Positions 41,209 through 55,592 of a DNA stretch of 64,000 bases are shown in pieces. Within the stretch, counting starts at the first letter, position 1; every line of letters starts with the position of its first letter. A model generated the notes under the pieces. It ran no database searches and had not been told where the DNA came from. It was given only the letters and a program-made list of their open reading frames with translations. Origin of the DNA: the human T2T-CHM13v2.0 reference genome, Homo sapiens. The position numbers and the translations under genes were made by a program. The DNA lies in NCBI RefSeq assembly GCF_009914755.1, contig NC_060947.1. One strand, written 5' to 3'.

Positions 41209-43580
41209 AGGAGGACAAAAAACATATAATCATCTCAATAGACTAATAAAAAGCATTTGACAAAATTCAACATTCCTTCATCATAAAAACGCAAAAAACT
41301 AGGCATAGAAGGAACATACTTTAACATAATAAAGGAATAAAGGTCACATATGACAAGCCCAACTTAACATCATATTTAATGAGAAAAAGCTGAAAGCCTT
41401 TCCCCTAAGAACTGAAACAAGAGAAGGATGCACATTTCCACTACTCCTATTGAACATAGTACTGAAAGTCTTAGCCAGAGCAATTAGTCTAGAGAAGGGA
41501 ATCCAAGGCATCCAAATTGGAAAAGAAGGCAAATTGTCCCTTCTTCCTGATGATATGATCTTATATCTAGGAAAACCTAAAGACTCCAACAAAAAACTCT
41601 TAAATCTGATGAATAGATTCAGTAAAGTTGTAGAATAAAAAATCATCATACAAAGATCAGTCATGCTTCTATACACCAATAATAAACTAGCTGAGAAAGA
41701 AATCAAGAAGGCAACCCCATTTACAATAGCAACAAAAAAGATAATCAGGAGTAAGTTTGACCATGAAAGTTAAAGAATTCTACAAAGAAAACAACAAAAC
41801 ACTGATGAAAGAAATTGAAGAAGATGCAAACAGAAAGACATCCCATGCTCATGGATCAGAATTATTAATATCTTTCAAATGGCCATATTGCCCAAAACAA
41901 TCTACAAATTTAATGTAATCCCTATCAAAATACCAACATCATTTTTGAAAAATAGAACAATCCTAAAATGTGTATGAAACCAAAAAAGAGTCCAGATAGC
42001 CAAAGCAATCCAGAGCAAACAGAACAGAGCTAGAGGCATCACACTCCTTGACATCAAAATACATTACAAGGCTATAGTAACCAAAACAACATGGTATTGT
42101 TTTAAAAAAAGACAGACCATAGACCAATGGAAAAGAAAAGAGAATCCAGAAAGAAATCCACATATTTACAGCCAACTGATTTTGACAAAGAAACCAAGAA
42201 CATACTTTGGGGAAAGGACAGGCTTTTCAACAAATGATGCTGAGAAAATTGGACATCCATATGGAGAAGAATGAAACTGAATCCCTATCTCTCACAACAT
42301 ATAGAAATCAACTCAAGGTGTATAAAAAATTTAAACATAAGACATGAAACTGTAAAACCACTAGAAGAAAACAAGGAATATATTTCAGGACACTGGTCTA
42401 GGCAAATATTTTATGTCGAGACCTGAAAATCACGGACAACAAAAACAAAAAGAGACAAATGGGATTATATTAAACTAAAAAGCTTCTACATAGCAAAAGA
42501 AACCATCAACACAGTGAAGAGACAACCTGTTGAATGGGAGAACATATGTACAAATTATTCATCCAATAGGGGGCTAATATCCAGAATATACAATGAACTC
42601 AACTCAATAAGAAAAAAAAATCTCATTGAAAAGCAGGCAATGGATATGAATAGACACTTCTTTAAAGAAGTCATACCAATGGCCAACAGGCACATGAAAA
42701 AAATGGTCAACATCACTAATTATCAGAAAAATGCAAATCAAAACCACAATGTGATATCATCTTACCCCAGTCAGAATGGTTATTATTAAAAAGACAAAAA
42801 AAGAAAACAGATGTTGGCAAGATGCAGAGAAGAGAGAACTCAATGTTAGTGGGAAAGTAAATTAGTACAGCCATTATGAAAAACAGTATAGAGACTTCTC
42901 AAAGACAACTAGAAATATAACTACCATACACTCTTGCAATCCCACTACTGGGTATGTATCCAAAGGAAAAGTAATCAGTATATAAAAGGGATCCCTGGAC
43001 TCACATGTTTATTGCAGCACTATTCACAAGAGCAAAGATATGGAATCAACCCAAGTGTCCATGGAAAGAGTAATGGATAAAGAAAATGTGTTATGTATAC
43101 ACAATGGAATACTATCAGGCCACAAAAAGAATAAAATAATGTCATTTGCAACAACACGGATGGAACTAAAGGTCATTCTGCTAAGTGAAGTAAGCCAGAC
43201 ACAGAAAGACTAACTTTGTATGTTCTCACTCACATGTAGGAGCTAAAAGTCAATCTCATGATAGTTACCAGAGGCTGGGAAAGGTGTGTTGGCAGGAAGA
43301 GGGATGCAAAGAGGTCAATGGGTACAACGATGCAGTTAGATAGAATGTTTAAGATCTAATTTTTGAAAGCAGAGTACGGTGACTATAGTTAGCAATACTG
43401 TATTGTATATTTCAAGGTAGCTAGAAGAGAGAACTTGAAATGTTCCCAACACATATAAATAAGTACTCAAGGTGATGGACACCTGAAATACCCTGGCTTG
43501 ATTATTAGACATTCTATGCATGTAACAAAATATTACATGCATCTCATAAATATGCAAAATATTCTGTATCAATTGAAAAA
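41209..43580 (+). mobile_element. 5'-truncated L1MA (MA3-like)
   Basis: RT remnant [11 protein letters not shown]...[10 protein letters not shown] (41450); 3'UTR gtagctagaagagagaacttgaaatgttcccaacac...ggtgatggacacctgaaataccctggcttg. Confidence 0.92.
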
Positions 43581-44540
43581 GGGAGAAGACTGAGATACAT
43601 CAAGTATATTTACATCTATTGACTTTTTATATTATTAAAAAATAAAATGCAACTGGTTACTAGCGAAAGGATGTTAAATAAATAACAAGTCATTATTTTG
43701 GAATTTAGCAAATAAAGGAGATAATTATATACATATCCTGCCTTTCCTATACAAATTGTACGACTAGGTAAACAAATAGTAGATATGGAGAAAGTTATCT
43801 TTATAGCAGTATTTCAAGTAGTATGTGAAGAAAAAAATGATAGAATATCTCCATTTTGAAAACCCTAAAAAAAAATTAATGAAACTAGTCATTGAGCATC
43901 AACAGCTACTAACACCACCAAAAATGAAAACAATACGATATTATGTCCTCCTGAGGGAAGACAATTCCACCTAGGAAAAAGTCTCCTCTCACTCCCCAAG
44001 GTTGTTCTGAGGATTAAGTGAGGAATTTTAGATAAAGCTCTAAGGCACAAGGCTGGGCACATCGCACAAAAAGGCCACTTTCCTTCTTTAACCACCCTTT
44101 TCCCTGGAAACCAAGGCAGTGGTTGTTTCTATTACTATTGCTGTTTGGAAAGATAATTTATAGTCTAAGAAAATATCCCATATTCCTTGGGAGAGGCCAT
44201 GGCAGCAACCCTCCATCACAGTGAAACAATTATGTCATCTTTGACACTGACTCTCCATCCACTCAGTCTCTCCTTCCTCTATCCCTTTCAGAGGAACATA
44301 GATCTAATATCAGTCACTTATATGAAGCACAATTATGTCTCAAAGCTAGAGCTGAACTGGCTGAGATATACCTGTTTCCAAGGTCATGGGTCTCCTCCAA
44401 ATTCAGTGCTAGTGCAGAGAACTCTTTGGGAATAGCTTCCCAGTCTCCTCTCTGTTTTGGGAATTACCACTCCTTCTCCACTAATATGGTTACGGTATAA
44501 GGGATCCCAGTACACATCTGTACACACAATGAAGACACAG

Positions 44541-45011
44541 CTCATAGAATGTGAAATCGTGTCCCCCTCAAAAAAATGCATGGAAGTTCCAACCTGCAAT
44601 ATTTGTGAATATGAACTTACTTGGAATTAGAATCTTTGAAGATATAATTAAGGATCTTGGGATGAGATCATCCTAGGTGGATCTTAACACCAACAATTAG
44701 TATATTTACCAGAGAAAGTACAGGGATACTGTATTTGAGACACAGAGACACAGAGAGAAGGTGCCCAGGGAGAAAAGGAGAATTGGCTGTTATACAGCCA
44801 CAAGTCAAGGAATTCTAAGGGTTGCTAGCAGCCAGCAGAAGGTACTAGAGACACACAGAACAGATTGTCCAACAGAGCCTTCATAAGGAACAAACCCTGC
44901 TGACAACTTTGTGGACTCCTGGTCTCCAGAATTGTGAAGCAATAAATTTTTCTTGTCTTAAGCCACCAAGTGTATGGTCATTTGTTACAGCAGTCTTAGA
45001 AAACTAACACA
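44541..45011 (+). mobile_element. MLT1C-like MaLR LTR, nested in an older LTR remnant (~44170-45340)
   Basis: gtgtccccctcaaaa...ggatcttgggatgagatcatcct...cagccacaagtcaaggaa...aataaattt...ttaagccaccaagtgtatggtcatttgttacagcag...aaactaacaca. Confidence 0.85.
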
Positions 45012-45559
45012 CAGCCCCTGGCAGAGCTCGCTGATCTAGCTCCAGATGCTACCATTGGAAATCTGTAATTGTGGCCAAGAAATTCCAATTTCACTCTGGC
45101 TATCTCTTATACGTAAGAAATGTTAACCCAGCCCTGTAAACTAGGAAGCAGATAAAGTCATTCTACAGCAAAAGAGAAAAATACTTACAGCTTGTATCCC
45201 ATTGGTGTCCGAGGCCCAGATGCACACTTATTCTTGGGTCTTATGAGACATCCCTTTATCAAAAAACCAAAAATCATCCTTTTATGTTCAAACTAGCACA
45301 AGCGGATTTCTGTAAGTAGTAGCCCAAAGGGTCCTAGTGCACTCAGGAAACTGCTGCCAAAAGTCCTTCAATAAAGATCAACTGGAGCAATTTTTTCCTT
45401 GGTGGGCATGGTGCCAGGAAAAGCTGAATTTACTCAAGAACCCTTTAAGGGAAATCAAAGGAAACTTTAGGACTTAGCCACAACCACAATAGGCAGAGAC
45501 GATGCGAAAAAGTAACCTCAATTTTCACTGGGCGTAACAGCCAAAACCCAGATCTCATA

Positions 45560-45742
45560 CAGGTTGAACATTCCTTTTCCAAAAATCCAAAATCCAAAAT
45601 GCTCCAAAATCTGAAACTTTTGGAGTGCCAATATGATGCCACAAGTGGAAAATTCCACACCTAACCTCACGTGATGGGTCACAGTCAAAATGCATTCAAA
45701 ATTTGTTTCAGGCACAAAATTATTGAAAGTACGTATACAATA
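45560..45742. mobile_element. Tigger4/MER46 (TcMar-Tigger) fragment
   Basis: ta|caggttgaacattcct...aaaatccaaaatgctccaaaatctgaaactttt...gtggaaaattccacacct. Confidence 0.85.
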
Positions 45743-46799
45743 AAAAATGAAAAATATAGCATATATGATGTCATTTAAAGTATTTTGTGATTACTGATTA
45801 TTTAGGTTGTTATGAAATTTACATTGGTAAGAACACTTATATGAATAAAATATTTGTGCATAAGTCTCTTGCTAACATTTCTGGCCATTTCTTCAGACCA
45901 GATTCTGAGAAGTTGAGTTACTAACTACTAGGTCATTGAAGCTTATATCTATTGGCTCTGTTTGTGTACATATCTAAAAACTGAGTTTATATGTTCAAAC
46001 ACTTCATACACAGATGAAATGTCAAACACAATTATGTCAATATTTCTCCAATTAACACGACAAACCTGGTAGTTCATTTAGCACCTATAGTATTTCAAAA
46101 TTCATTTTCTTTTTAATTATAAAGCAATGATGATAATAACAAACGACTAATCCATTTTCTTTTAGCTGTTTTGCCGTCAGCAATGGGAAGGGCATGTGTT
46201 AGGTGATGGACTTGGATTGGTTCACTCTTTTCATATGTATATTATAGGACTATGAAGTTAGGGAGCTAGGCTGTGGCTATGAAACTGTCTCTCTATATAC
46301 TTCAGGTCAGATTCCACAAACTTCACCACTCTAGCTTTCTTCAGAGTCATTCTTAATAATTTATTAGTGTCTATAGTGTTTGCAGTACTGAGATGATGTT
46401 ACCATAAGAAATAGCGTATGCGGCATACAAACAGGTCAATAACCAACTTGTTTTTCATATATGTCAGAAGCCTATCTTATGCAGGGACACAGTTTATCTG
46501 CCTTCAAAAATCCATTTTCAGGGGAATCCTACAGGCTAAATCACAACATCATTCCAGTTAGGCAGAGAAAATAACTTTAGCTACAATCTGTCTTCTTGCA
46601 TTCCAAGCACATACATGTTTGCAATCAAGTCCTCCCAAAGATTATACATATTTCTACTCTGTCTGAGGAAAAGAAATGTGAGATGCTCTTGGTGTAATTG
46701 CTAGATTTAGAATCTAACTTGCAATTACACATAAAGAAGCAATGGGTTTACAGGTTTGAAAATGTCGATATTCAAAAAGGTTAATTTTGTTTTAAAATT

Positions 46800-47330
46800 G
46801 CACCTAATGATTTTTCTGGTTATAAAAATAACATTTATTGCAGAACATTTAGAAAAGCATCAATAAAAAATTAAATTACCTCTAATCCTAAAACCTAGTG
46901 ACAAGTACTGTTAATTATTTTATATAATATTTCAGCCATTTTTCATTGCCTCTGTGTGTGTGTGTGTGTGTGTGTTTAATTGGGCATATACTGAATATAC
47001 TCTTTGACAACTGTTTTATGCTTATTAATACATCACGAATATTCTACATATGTTATATATATTACATAGGCCCTTAATTATTCACAATTATGTTTTCTAT
47101 TGGCTGCATTATATTACATTATAACAATACATGAAACTTATTTAACCAATAACATATTTTTGGAATTAGGTTGCTCTCTATTTTCTACAATTATAAATAA
47201 TACTGCAAGCTAGCATTTTGCATATCTCTACTTCCTTAAGATAAATTTCTAGAAATATAATTGTAAGGTGAAAAGGATATAACCTGTTGAAAAGATTTTG
47301 AAAGATATTCCTATGTTGCCATTTCAATAT
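46800..47330 (-). mobile_element. L1ME-type 3' remnant with (TG)n at 46953-46975
   Basis: ttggctgcattatatt; ttatttaaccaat; tttctacaattataaataatactgca; ttccttaagataaatttctagaa. Confidence 0.65.
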
Positions 47331-47368
47331 ATATTAGATTGCCACTCAAACTATGTGTAGTAGTCAGC

Positions 47369-47840
47369 TGTAGCAGATGGTATTGGCACCCCACTCATAA
47401 CCTGTGGCCTACACCAGAGACAGTTTCCATACTCAGCTTCTTATATGTCTCTGCCCAGGGCTTCCTCCTGCCTCAGAATTCTGATTAATCCACTGGTGGG
47501 AAAGGCAAAAAATGTAGAGAGGGTAATACCCCAAGAATTACTCTCAACAATTAAGGGGCAGGAGGATGGATTTCATAAATACCCTAGATTTCTACTTCTC
47601 ACCTCTCTGTGGGACAACTCCGAGTTGTAGTCCACAGTCTCTTGATGGCTCCCCAGCAGGACTGAGCCCCAGTTCCCCATAGAAAACTACTCATTAGCAT
47701 TCCCAGTATTGTCTTTATTCTCTTCCCTGTCACAGTTTCTCATTCCCTCATAGTACCTCCCGGAATCACTTTCCAAATAAACTACTTGTATACAAATCTC
47801 TGTCTCACAGTCTGCTTTTCATGAAATCCAAACTAGAATA
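47369..47840 (+). mobile_element. LTR16C-like ERVL LTR
   Basis: tgtagcagatgg...ggctccccagcaggactgagccccagtt...aatcactttccaaataaactacttgtatacaaatctctgtctcacagtctgctt. Confidence 0.8.
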
Positions 47841-47992
47841 ACCTCCTGTTTCCTTTTACTTCAGGCTTATTTTGAAACTGGAAAAAGATTAAGATAGGAT
47901 TGATAATACCTGTAGAATATATATAAAGACTTAATCGCAAATTTCTAGAGAACTATGTGGCGATGAAGATGGGAGAGGCTTTAAAGACAATA

Positions 47993-48323
<331 letters not shown>

Positions 48324-48735
48324 CTAATTAGCCCAAACCTGAACAAAAATTGCCCTTTATTTTCAATGCAAAAATTGAATTCAAGTATTTATATCATAAT
48401 TCTCTATTTTTTAGAAAATAGAAAATCTAACGCCTTGACTATCTAGGCAATATTATAAGAAGTATCAGGGCCCCTTCCTTGCTTGGAAGAGGGGTTAAGA
48501 GAGTCCAATTCAAAAAGAAGGTATCTTGCTTATGTTCAGCAAACAGATGTCTTTATCATGTGAGTAATTCCTAAATGACTAATATGTTGTGAATTGAAAT
48601 GAAGAAGTGCAGGGGAGGAAGGTCAGAACAACTAAAGATGCTCCTTGACTAGATGTGATAAGGTAGATAGAAATGAGTGGCACTGTTTGTTGTATGAGAG
48701 GAAAGAACCCAAAGTAGTCCATCAGATTTTGATCA

Positions 48736-48946
48736 TTAGTGCTGTCAAAAATAACTTTCTGTGTTGATGGAAATATTCTGCATCTGTACTGCCCAGTGTG
48801 GTAACCACTTGCCATATGTGGCTATCGAGCAGTTGAAATGTGGTTAGTGGGACTCATGCAACCAAGGAACTAACCTTTTAATTTTGATGAGTTTAAACTT
48901 AAATAACCACATTTGGCTAGCAGATACTCTATTGGATAACACAAAT
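48736..48946. mobile_element. MER3 (hAT-Charlie) MITE
   Basis: agtgctgtcaaaaataactttctgtgttgatggaaatattctgcatctgtactgcccagtgtggtaaccacttgccatatgtggctat. Confidence 0.88.
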
Positions 48947-49134
48947 CCTGGCTCTACACTGACTGCATTATACTACAGTTACTTTCCAAAGGTTTAATCT
49001 GGGATGTGAACTTCATTATCCTAAACTACTGAAAAGAAAGAAAAAATCTTTTTATTTTTAAAGTTCTGGTCTACAAAGGGCTACTTTAAACTCTTTCATT
49101 GTGTGAGTGGGAAACAAACGAGCTAAGATGGGGA

Positions 49135-49390
49135 ATCAATCAAAGAGAAGACAACAATAATAATATCAAATATTTACATGGTGCTATGTATCAGCTACTC
49201 TTCTACGCATTTGATGTATTTTAACTAGTTTAAACCTATTACAACCTTTGAAGTATATGTCACTATTATTTCCATTTTACAGTTGATGAAACTGAAGTAT
49301 GGAGAGTTTAGGTGATTCTCCCACAGAGCTACGAAATTGCAAAGCTGGGAATTAAGCTAGAGTCTGGGCTCTCAAGCACTAGCCCATACT
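49135..49390 (-). mobile_element. MIR
   Basis: tattatttccattttacagttgatgaaactgaagtatggagagtttaggtgat. Confidence 0.8.
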
Positions 49391-50544
49391 TGCTCTTAGG
49401 ATCTCAGAATTATTAGACAGACTATTTCTGGTCATCCAACATAAAAATCATACCACTAAAAAATCAATGGTAAATCATATGTCTTGTTATAAGAAAAGGA
49501 AGTATTTATGAGTCTTTTCTGGTAAAAAAACAAAATCTGGGAAACACTGGGTACTTTGGTATTTTAAATATACCAGTTCTACCTAAAAATATTCTCCAGC
49601 ATCAAATGTGAAAGAAGTCTCTTTCTTTCTGATCCCAAGTGATGTGTTCCTGGATGAATTATAACTATTTTTATTACTCTAGTTGAAAAAACATAACTTT
49701 GACATGAAGTTCTCTCTCTGATCTCTACTCTGTTCATCTATCACACACTTTTTGTTTGAACTTTGATTGGATGAGTGCAGAATTAGCAATGGAAATCCAT
49801 GAAGAGATTCACAAAGAGGAAAATCTTACATTTCTTAGTGGGAGAGAATGGTGACGTGGTAGGAAAAGGATATTCCAATTTAAAAGAAAATATAATGTCA
49901 GAGGTGGAATACTAGATGAACAGAATTGAAACACATGTGTATCATTTTCCATTTTACTGTTGAAGAAATTATGGATTTTAATGTTTGAATCCTGACAATA
50001 TTTGTCTAAACTAGGTTAAGAGAGAGAAAAAGTACTTTCACATAAGTGTAATGAACTAAGCTATAGATACTCAGGCAATCCTACTGATTAGCTGTATTGT
50101 CAAGCTGGAGGTGTGGGTATGCAGTGATGAGGCACGGAATGGTTTCACTTGAAAATGTTAATTCTGTGAGAATCGTTCAATTTTTGAAAAATTTAAAACA
50201 TGATATCCTAGAGTTTTAAGCAGTCACTGAGCTTCACACTAGCAAGAGAATATGGATCCATGCCTTGACTTTGATCTCCACACCAATCTTTCCAAGAATA
50301 ATGATGGTACCTGCTCTTTGGAATATAACATTAGACTTGCTTTCAAGCCTGAGCATTTGTTGATCATGAAAAGAAAAATCATAGGACCACCAATACACTA
50401 GATTTTCTTCAGTATCTTAGTGTTTGAGAATATTTACCAACCCATACCAATTTCATTATTTTTTTAAAAAAGTATGACTAACCAAGTTCTAGTTTGTTGA
50501 TAACAAAAGATTCTTGACAAGCAGATGAGATAAGGAGAGGAGGA

Positions 50545-50830
50545 GAAATAGCATAATGATATGACTGGACTTTAGAGTGTGAGTTTGGGGATATGTGGCT
50601 AAAGTTGATACTGGAAGATGTAGGCTGAGGCCACATCATGGAAGTCGTTGAGGTCCATATTTAAAGGTTTTCATCTTTACCCTGAAGATGGAGAAAACAC
50701 ATCAAAAGGTGTAAACAGGATTAAGTTTATTCAGATTCACAGTTGAGAATATATTTCTGGTAGAATTGTGAAGAGTAAATTTGGAGAGCTTGCAGATCTG
50801 ATTCAGGGAAATGAATTTTAAGAGTTTTGC
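50545..50830 (-). mobile_element. L2 remnant
   Basis: gtaggctgaggccacatcatggaagtc...tttaccctgaag...ttcagattcacagttgag. Confidence 0.55.
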
Positions 50831-51569
50831 AAATGAGATTTGTTTAAATACAGTGTTCGGCTATTAAACTATTAAAATTGAAAGCCCCTGTCTCAAATGA
50901 ATATATTTGGGTCCAGGTGATACACTTGAGCATAATTTCTAAATAACTGTTACCATCAAACTCATTTTTGAAATGCAAGAATCAATTCTTTTAAGTCAAT
51001 TAAATATACAAAATATTGGTCTAATATAATTGTTAAGTTAGATAACAGATACCTTTAGAAAAAACTTAAAAGGTCTCAAATATAAGAGGTATTTTACCTA
51101 GATTATCTGTGTTTACTGTATTTACTGTGAAAACAAAAATTCTGCCCAAGTATACAAGACACTAAGAAAACCTTGGCATTAAAAGGACCTGCCACTTCCT
51201 CTCAGCCTCTTCATTTACTGTAACGTAAGGAATTTCTGTACAAAGCTGCCAGCTGCCATGAACAAAGATTAAGAAGGTGATTTACAGGAGTTAATAGAAG
51301 ATAAACTCTGCATTAGATGAAGATAATTGTAAAAAGGTTCTAGGAACAGTGTATGACTGATCAAAATGGATTTTAAAAACTTTAAAAGAAATATCACTAT
51401 ATTGACAGGCAAGTTAATATATATTCATGTATGTCAGCGAGAAAGTAGGACAAGAGAAAAAGGAACTTGGTCAGTCACGGGAGGTGGTCTGGTGGAGGAG
51501 ATTTGGCACAAAGAGTGAGCAATAAATAGGAGGGGAAGACTTTTTAAAAATATATTATTCAACTTACAG

Positions 51570-52067
51570 GATGCTTTATTTTTGTCAAATTGAGGGCAGG
51601 CCATAACCCTTCCCACCTACTACAGCCCAGATGAGAACATGTAAAGAACTGAAAAAGAGAACAAGCAGCAGACAAGAAATATAGAGAGGAAAGAGCCCTT
51701 CCTGGGGTAACAAACAATAGATGTACCGTCAAGGACACAATGGAAGATCCAGCAGTGGATGAAGGATCCGTGGATTAGGAAATTCAGAGCAGCAGTAGCT
51801 GGAGCTACAGAAAATCAGTGGAAGATGTATGTTAAACAATAAGCTTTGAGAACAAATTAGATTTGGATATTGAGAACTTCTGCAGTTAGTACAAACACCT
51901 GATAAAAGGAAGTACCAATCTGATGCAGACCAGTATGGATACCAGAATGGCAAAGAGAAGAGAATCGGTACAGCACTAGATCGAAGACATTTCCCTTCAA
52001 CTACTTCATTAAGGATTTTACCAAGAGCTTGGTGGGATTGATTTAAAGGGAATACCAGAACCAAAAG
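51570..52067 (+). other. Unassigned purine-rich block bounded by splice-like signals (candidate non-coding exon or decayed coding remnant)
   Basis: Acceptor-like ttattcaacttacag|g; donor-like aaaag|gtatgc; no recognised repeat motif; stops in all + frames. Confidence 0.25.
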
Positions 52068-53029
52068 GTATGCTGTCTGTGGTTTGTATTATATTTTAAT
52101 ATAATCATATGGTTATATTCATTAGACATACACACATGCATACATACACACACTATTTAAGTCACTGTTTCATGGACTGTCTCATTCTCATTCCATATTA
52201 TGGACATTCTCATTTTTAATTAACCCTCTCTGTTGTCTTTACCTGGTCCTGCACCAAAAGAATATGACTAAGGGTTGTTCAAGGCAGATATTCAAACTAA
52301 ATTCCTTCATTAATTGTTACCTTCAATATGCTATTGTCCAAAGAGGACATACAAGTTGCACAGTAAACTTTTAGTTCATTGACGTTTCTCAAGTGTCTGT
52401 CACATGGTAGGTTCTAAAGATAAGTTCTCAATTAATGAATGAAACTGTTAATGAATGGTATTTTAATAAACCTTATACTTGGCTGATCATGCCACATCTG
52501 TTATTTACGCATGTTTCACTACAACCAGCCCTAGGGGGAGTTACAGAGATTATTTTATTCTTCATTTAAATGCAATTCATTATTTTTTATCTTCTTAAAA
52601 TAACGGACATGCAAGTATTCAACTCTTAGACGTCATATGAACGTTACTGCAATGTCTAATCTGAACTTAGGCCATTATGCTCTTTGACCTGGAAAGTGTA
52701 TTTTCCTCTGTTTATCATAAGACATTGCAAGGGTCAAGACCATTGAAATTTTCAGCATGAATTTTTCATCAGGGATGTAGGATCTTCCTGGGGCAGTATA
52801 AAGCAAGAGTGTGAAATGGCTTCCAAAGAGATAATGATACTTTAAATTCTATTAATAAACATGGTGTCTGTATCAACATTGTCTCCACTTCTGAATAACA
52901 CACTTTAAATGGGAAAATGGCAAAATGGAATTTTCAGGAAAAATGCAACCAGACTGTCAAGGTGATTTTAGATATTGTCATACATGGAAAACTTGGAGTA
53001 ACTCATGATTTGACTCCCTCCCCCTCAAA

Positions 53030-53520
53030 AATGTTTTATCAGTTATCCAAATTTCCATGAATGACACCACTATTCACCCAAATGTCAAAAAGCCTAAGAG
53101 TCTTTCAGGATCTCTTTCCTTTCTTCACCTCTCTGAATTAAATATAAATACTATTACCAATTGTAATATTAATGCTAATGCAATTATTGCTAATAGTAGC
53201 TAAAATTCACCAAGTATTTATGTTCTGTCAGACTCTATCCTAGGAGCTTCACATTCTCTCAATCTCCATAACAATTTTACCTTCCATCTTTGATGAATTT
53301 GAGACTTAGAGCTATTAATGTAGTTGCACATAGTCATAAAAATGGTAAAGTCAGGATTTACACCCAAGTTTGTCAGATTTCACAACCTGACTCAAGTCCC
53401 GTCATGTCTGTCTCTAAAAATGTCTTATCTCTGACCACTTCTTCTCTTCTATGATACTACTAATCTCATTAAAACCAGCATCATCTCTTACCTAGACTAT
53501 TCCAGTAGTCTCCTAATTGA
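53030..53520 (+). mobile_element. L2 remnant with nested MIR (~53180-53390)
   Basis: atgaatgacaccactattcaccca...; catcatctcttacctagactattccagtagtctcctaa; MIR tgagacttagagctattaatgtagttgc. Confidence 0.6.
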
Positions 53521-54857
53521 AGTTAGGTGTTTATATATATTATATGAACTAAGCCTGTCTACAGGTCCATGAGATAAATATCGTATCACGCAAAGGTGAA
53601 GAAATTTAGACCAGAGAGGTTGAAATGCCCAAAGTAACACAGCTAATAAATAAAGGAGGATCAGATTTGTTATATAATACTCAATGACTTAAATTTAGTT
53701 TGAAGAAGTTCAACTGGATAAGGAGAGTGGAATGAAACTAAATCAAAAGTATTCCCCTCTAACATTAATAAAATTAATGAAAATAATAACAGCAGCAGAA
53801 GATAATACTTATTATTTGCAATCAAACATATAACAGAACATGACTCAAAGAACTAAACTTCAAAAACTGATGCCCTAAGGAAAAAGGCAGTAACTGTCAG
53901 AGAGGTGCTGAAAGTTTCCTGACTATAGACCTAATCATGAGCCAGACTGATGAATTGGCAAAATCATAGGAACTCTAACAATATCCATAATTTAGGATAG
54001 AAAAAAGCTTAGTCAATGTTTCTATCTTATTCCTCTTCTGACTTGGGATAAGTGGTGAAATGCAGAAAATGTAAAATAAAATGAAAAATTCTTTCTAAGA
54101 GAACTAAAGGCTCTACTATCTACACAATTGGGGAAATGATTTAAAGCCAGACTATATCCCTCCATAGAAACAGGACACATCCTGACTGGAGAGAATTAAC
54201 CCTGACTCAAGAAATTTAAGGTTTTCTCAAGAAACAGAAACAAACCACATGTTCTAACAGAACCTGCAAAAAGCCCCAGTGGAATTTTCCTGCCATCCTG
54301 GATACCACACACTTTCAATACCTAGTCCCAAAACTTATGCTCAGATGTTATGAAAAAAGTCGAGGATAGTCAGGCAAAGAGAAAATAGAAGTGTTCACTG
54401 CATGCTAACATATGGGCAAGATAAATTAAAAACACACAAAAATTCCAGATATGTAAACATATTACAACAATACCAAAAAAGAAAGACCAAAAAAAGTAAC
54501 GACAGATGAAAAATCCACTCTTAAAGAAAACATAAGACAATAAAACAGAAAGAAAATCCCCACAAGTATTTTACATTATAAAACAACTTAATAAGGACCT
54601 GGATTCATGAAAGCAAAAACATAAACTTAAGATCATAAAAAGTAGAATTATATGAAAATAGAGATAGCAGATCTAAGGAACTAAATTAAAAACCAAGAGA
54701 ACATAATTTCATAATTAATAGAAATCAGAAATACCAAAAAAAATTAAAGAAAGATGGATAAAAGTTGAATTACCAACATCCACCACGAAGGGATATGTTG
54801 AGATAATCATGGAGAAAAAAATTAAGTATTGAAATTATACAGCTCTTTTAAAAATGA

Positions 54858-55455
54858 ATGGGAAAACTTGGAAGCAACCAAGATGACCTTCAGTAGGTGA
54901 AAGGATAATTAAACTATGACAATCCAGATAATGGCATATTATTAAGCTCTAAAAAGAAATGAGCTATCAAGCCATGCAAAGAAATGGAGGAAACTGAAAT
55001 GCATATTATGGAGTGAAAGAAGCCAATCTGAAAAGGCTGTGTGGTGTATGATTCCCGCTATATGACATCACAGAAAGGCAAAACTGTGGAGACAGTAAAA
55101 AGATCAGTGATTTCTAGGAGTTAGGGAAGAGGGAGGGATGAATAAGCAGGGCACAGGATTTTTAGGGCAGTGAAATTATTCTGTATAATACTACAGTGAT
55201 GCATACATGTCATTACACATTTGTCAAAATCAATATAATGTACAACACCAAGAGTGAACACTAATGGACTTTGAAAGATAATGATGTGCCAAAGTGGGGT
55301 TCATCAGTTATATATACCACTCTGATGAGGGATGTTGATAGTGGGGGAGGCTCTATGTATTGGGAGGAGAGGGGTTTACAGGTACTCTCTGTACTCTTTG
55401 CCCAATTTTGCAATTAACCTAAAACTAGCCTAAAATAGAATCTATTTTTAAAAAT
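54858..55455 (+). mobile_element. L1MC1-like 3'UTR
   Basis: aaaacttggaagcaaccaagatgaccttcagtaggtga; aaaagaaatgagctatcaagccatg; tgtacaacaccaagagtgaac. Confidence 0.88.
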
Positions 55456-55592
55456 ACAATAAAACTCAACAAATGGGGTAGATATGATTATTTGTTAATA
55501 TAATAAAATTTCTCTTAATTATAGAAACAATTGAATCTGTAGATTGAAGGGGTAATAAATGCTCTAGGAAAATACCAGATGATCTTACCCTG

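Noticed and set aside
52321-52413. Minus-strand 93-nt open segment between cttatctttag| and aag|gtaaca encoding NLPCDRHLRNVNELKVYCATCMSSLDNSILK (B-box-like C/H spacing)
   Set aside because: It is short enough to be open by chance, lacks the remaining B-box ligands, and has no partner exons.
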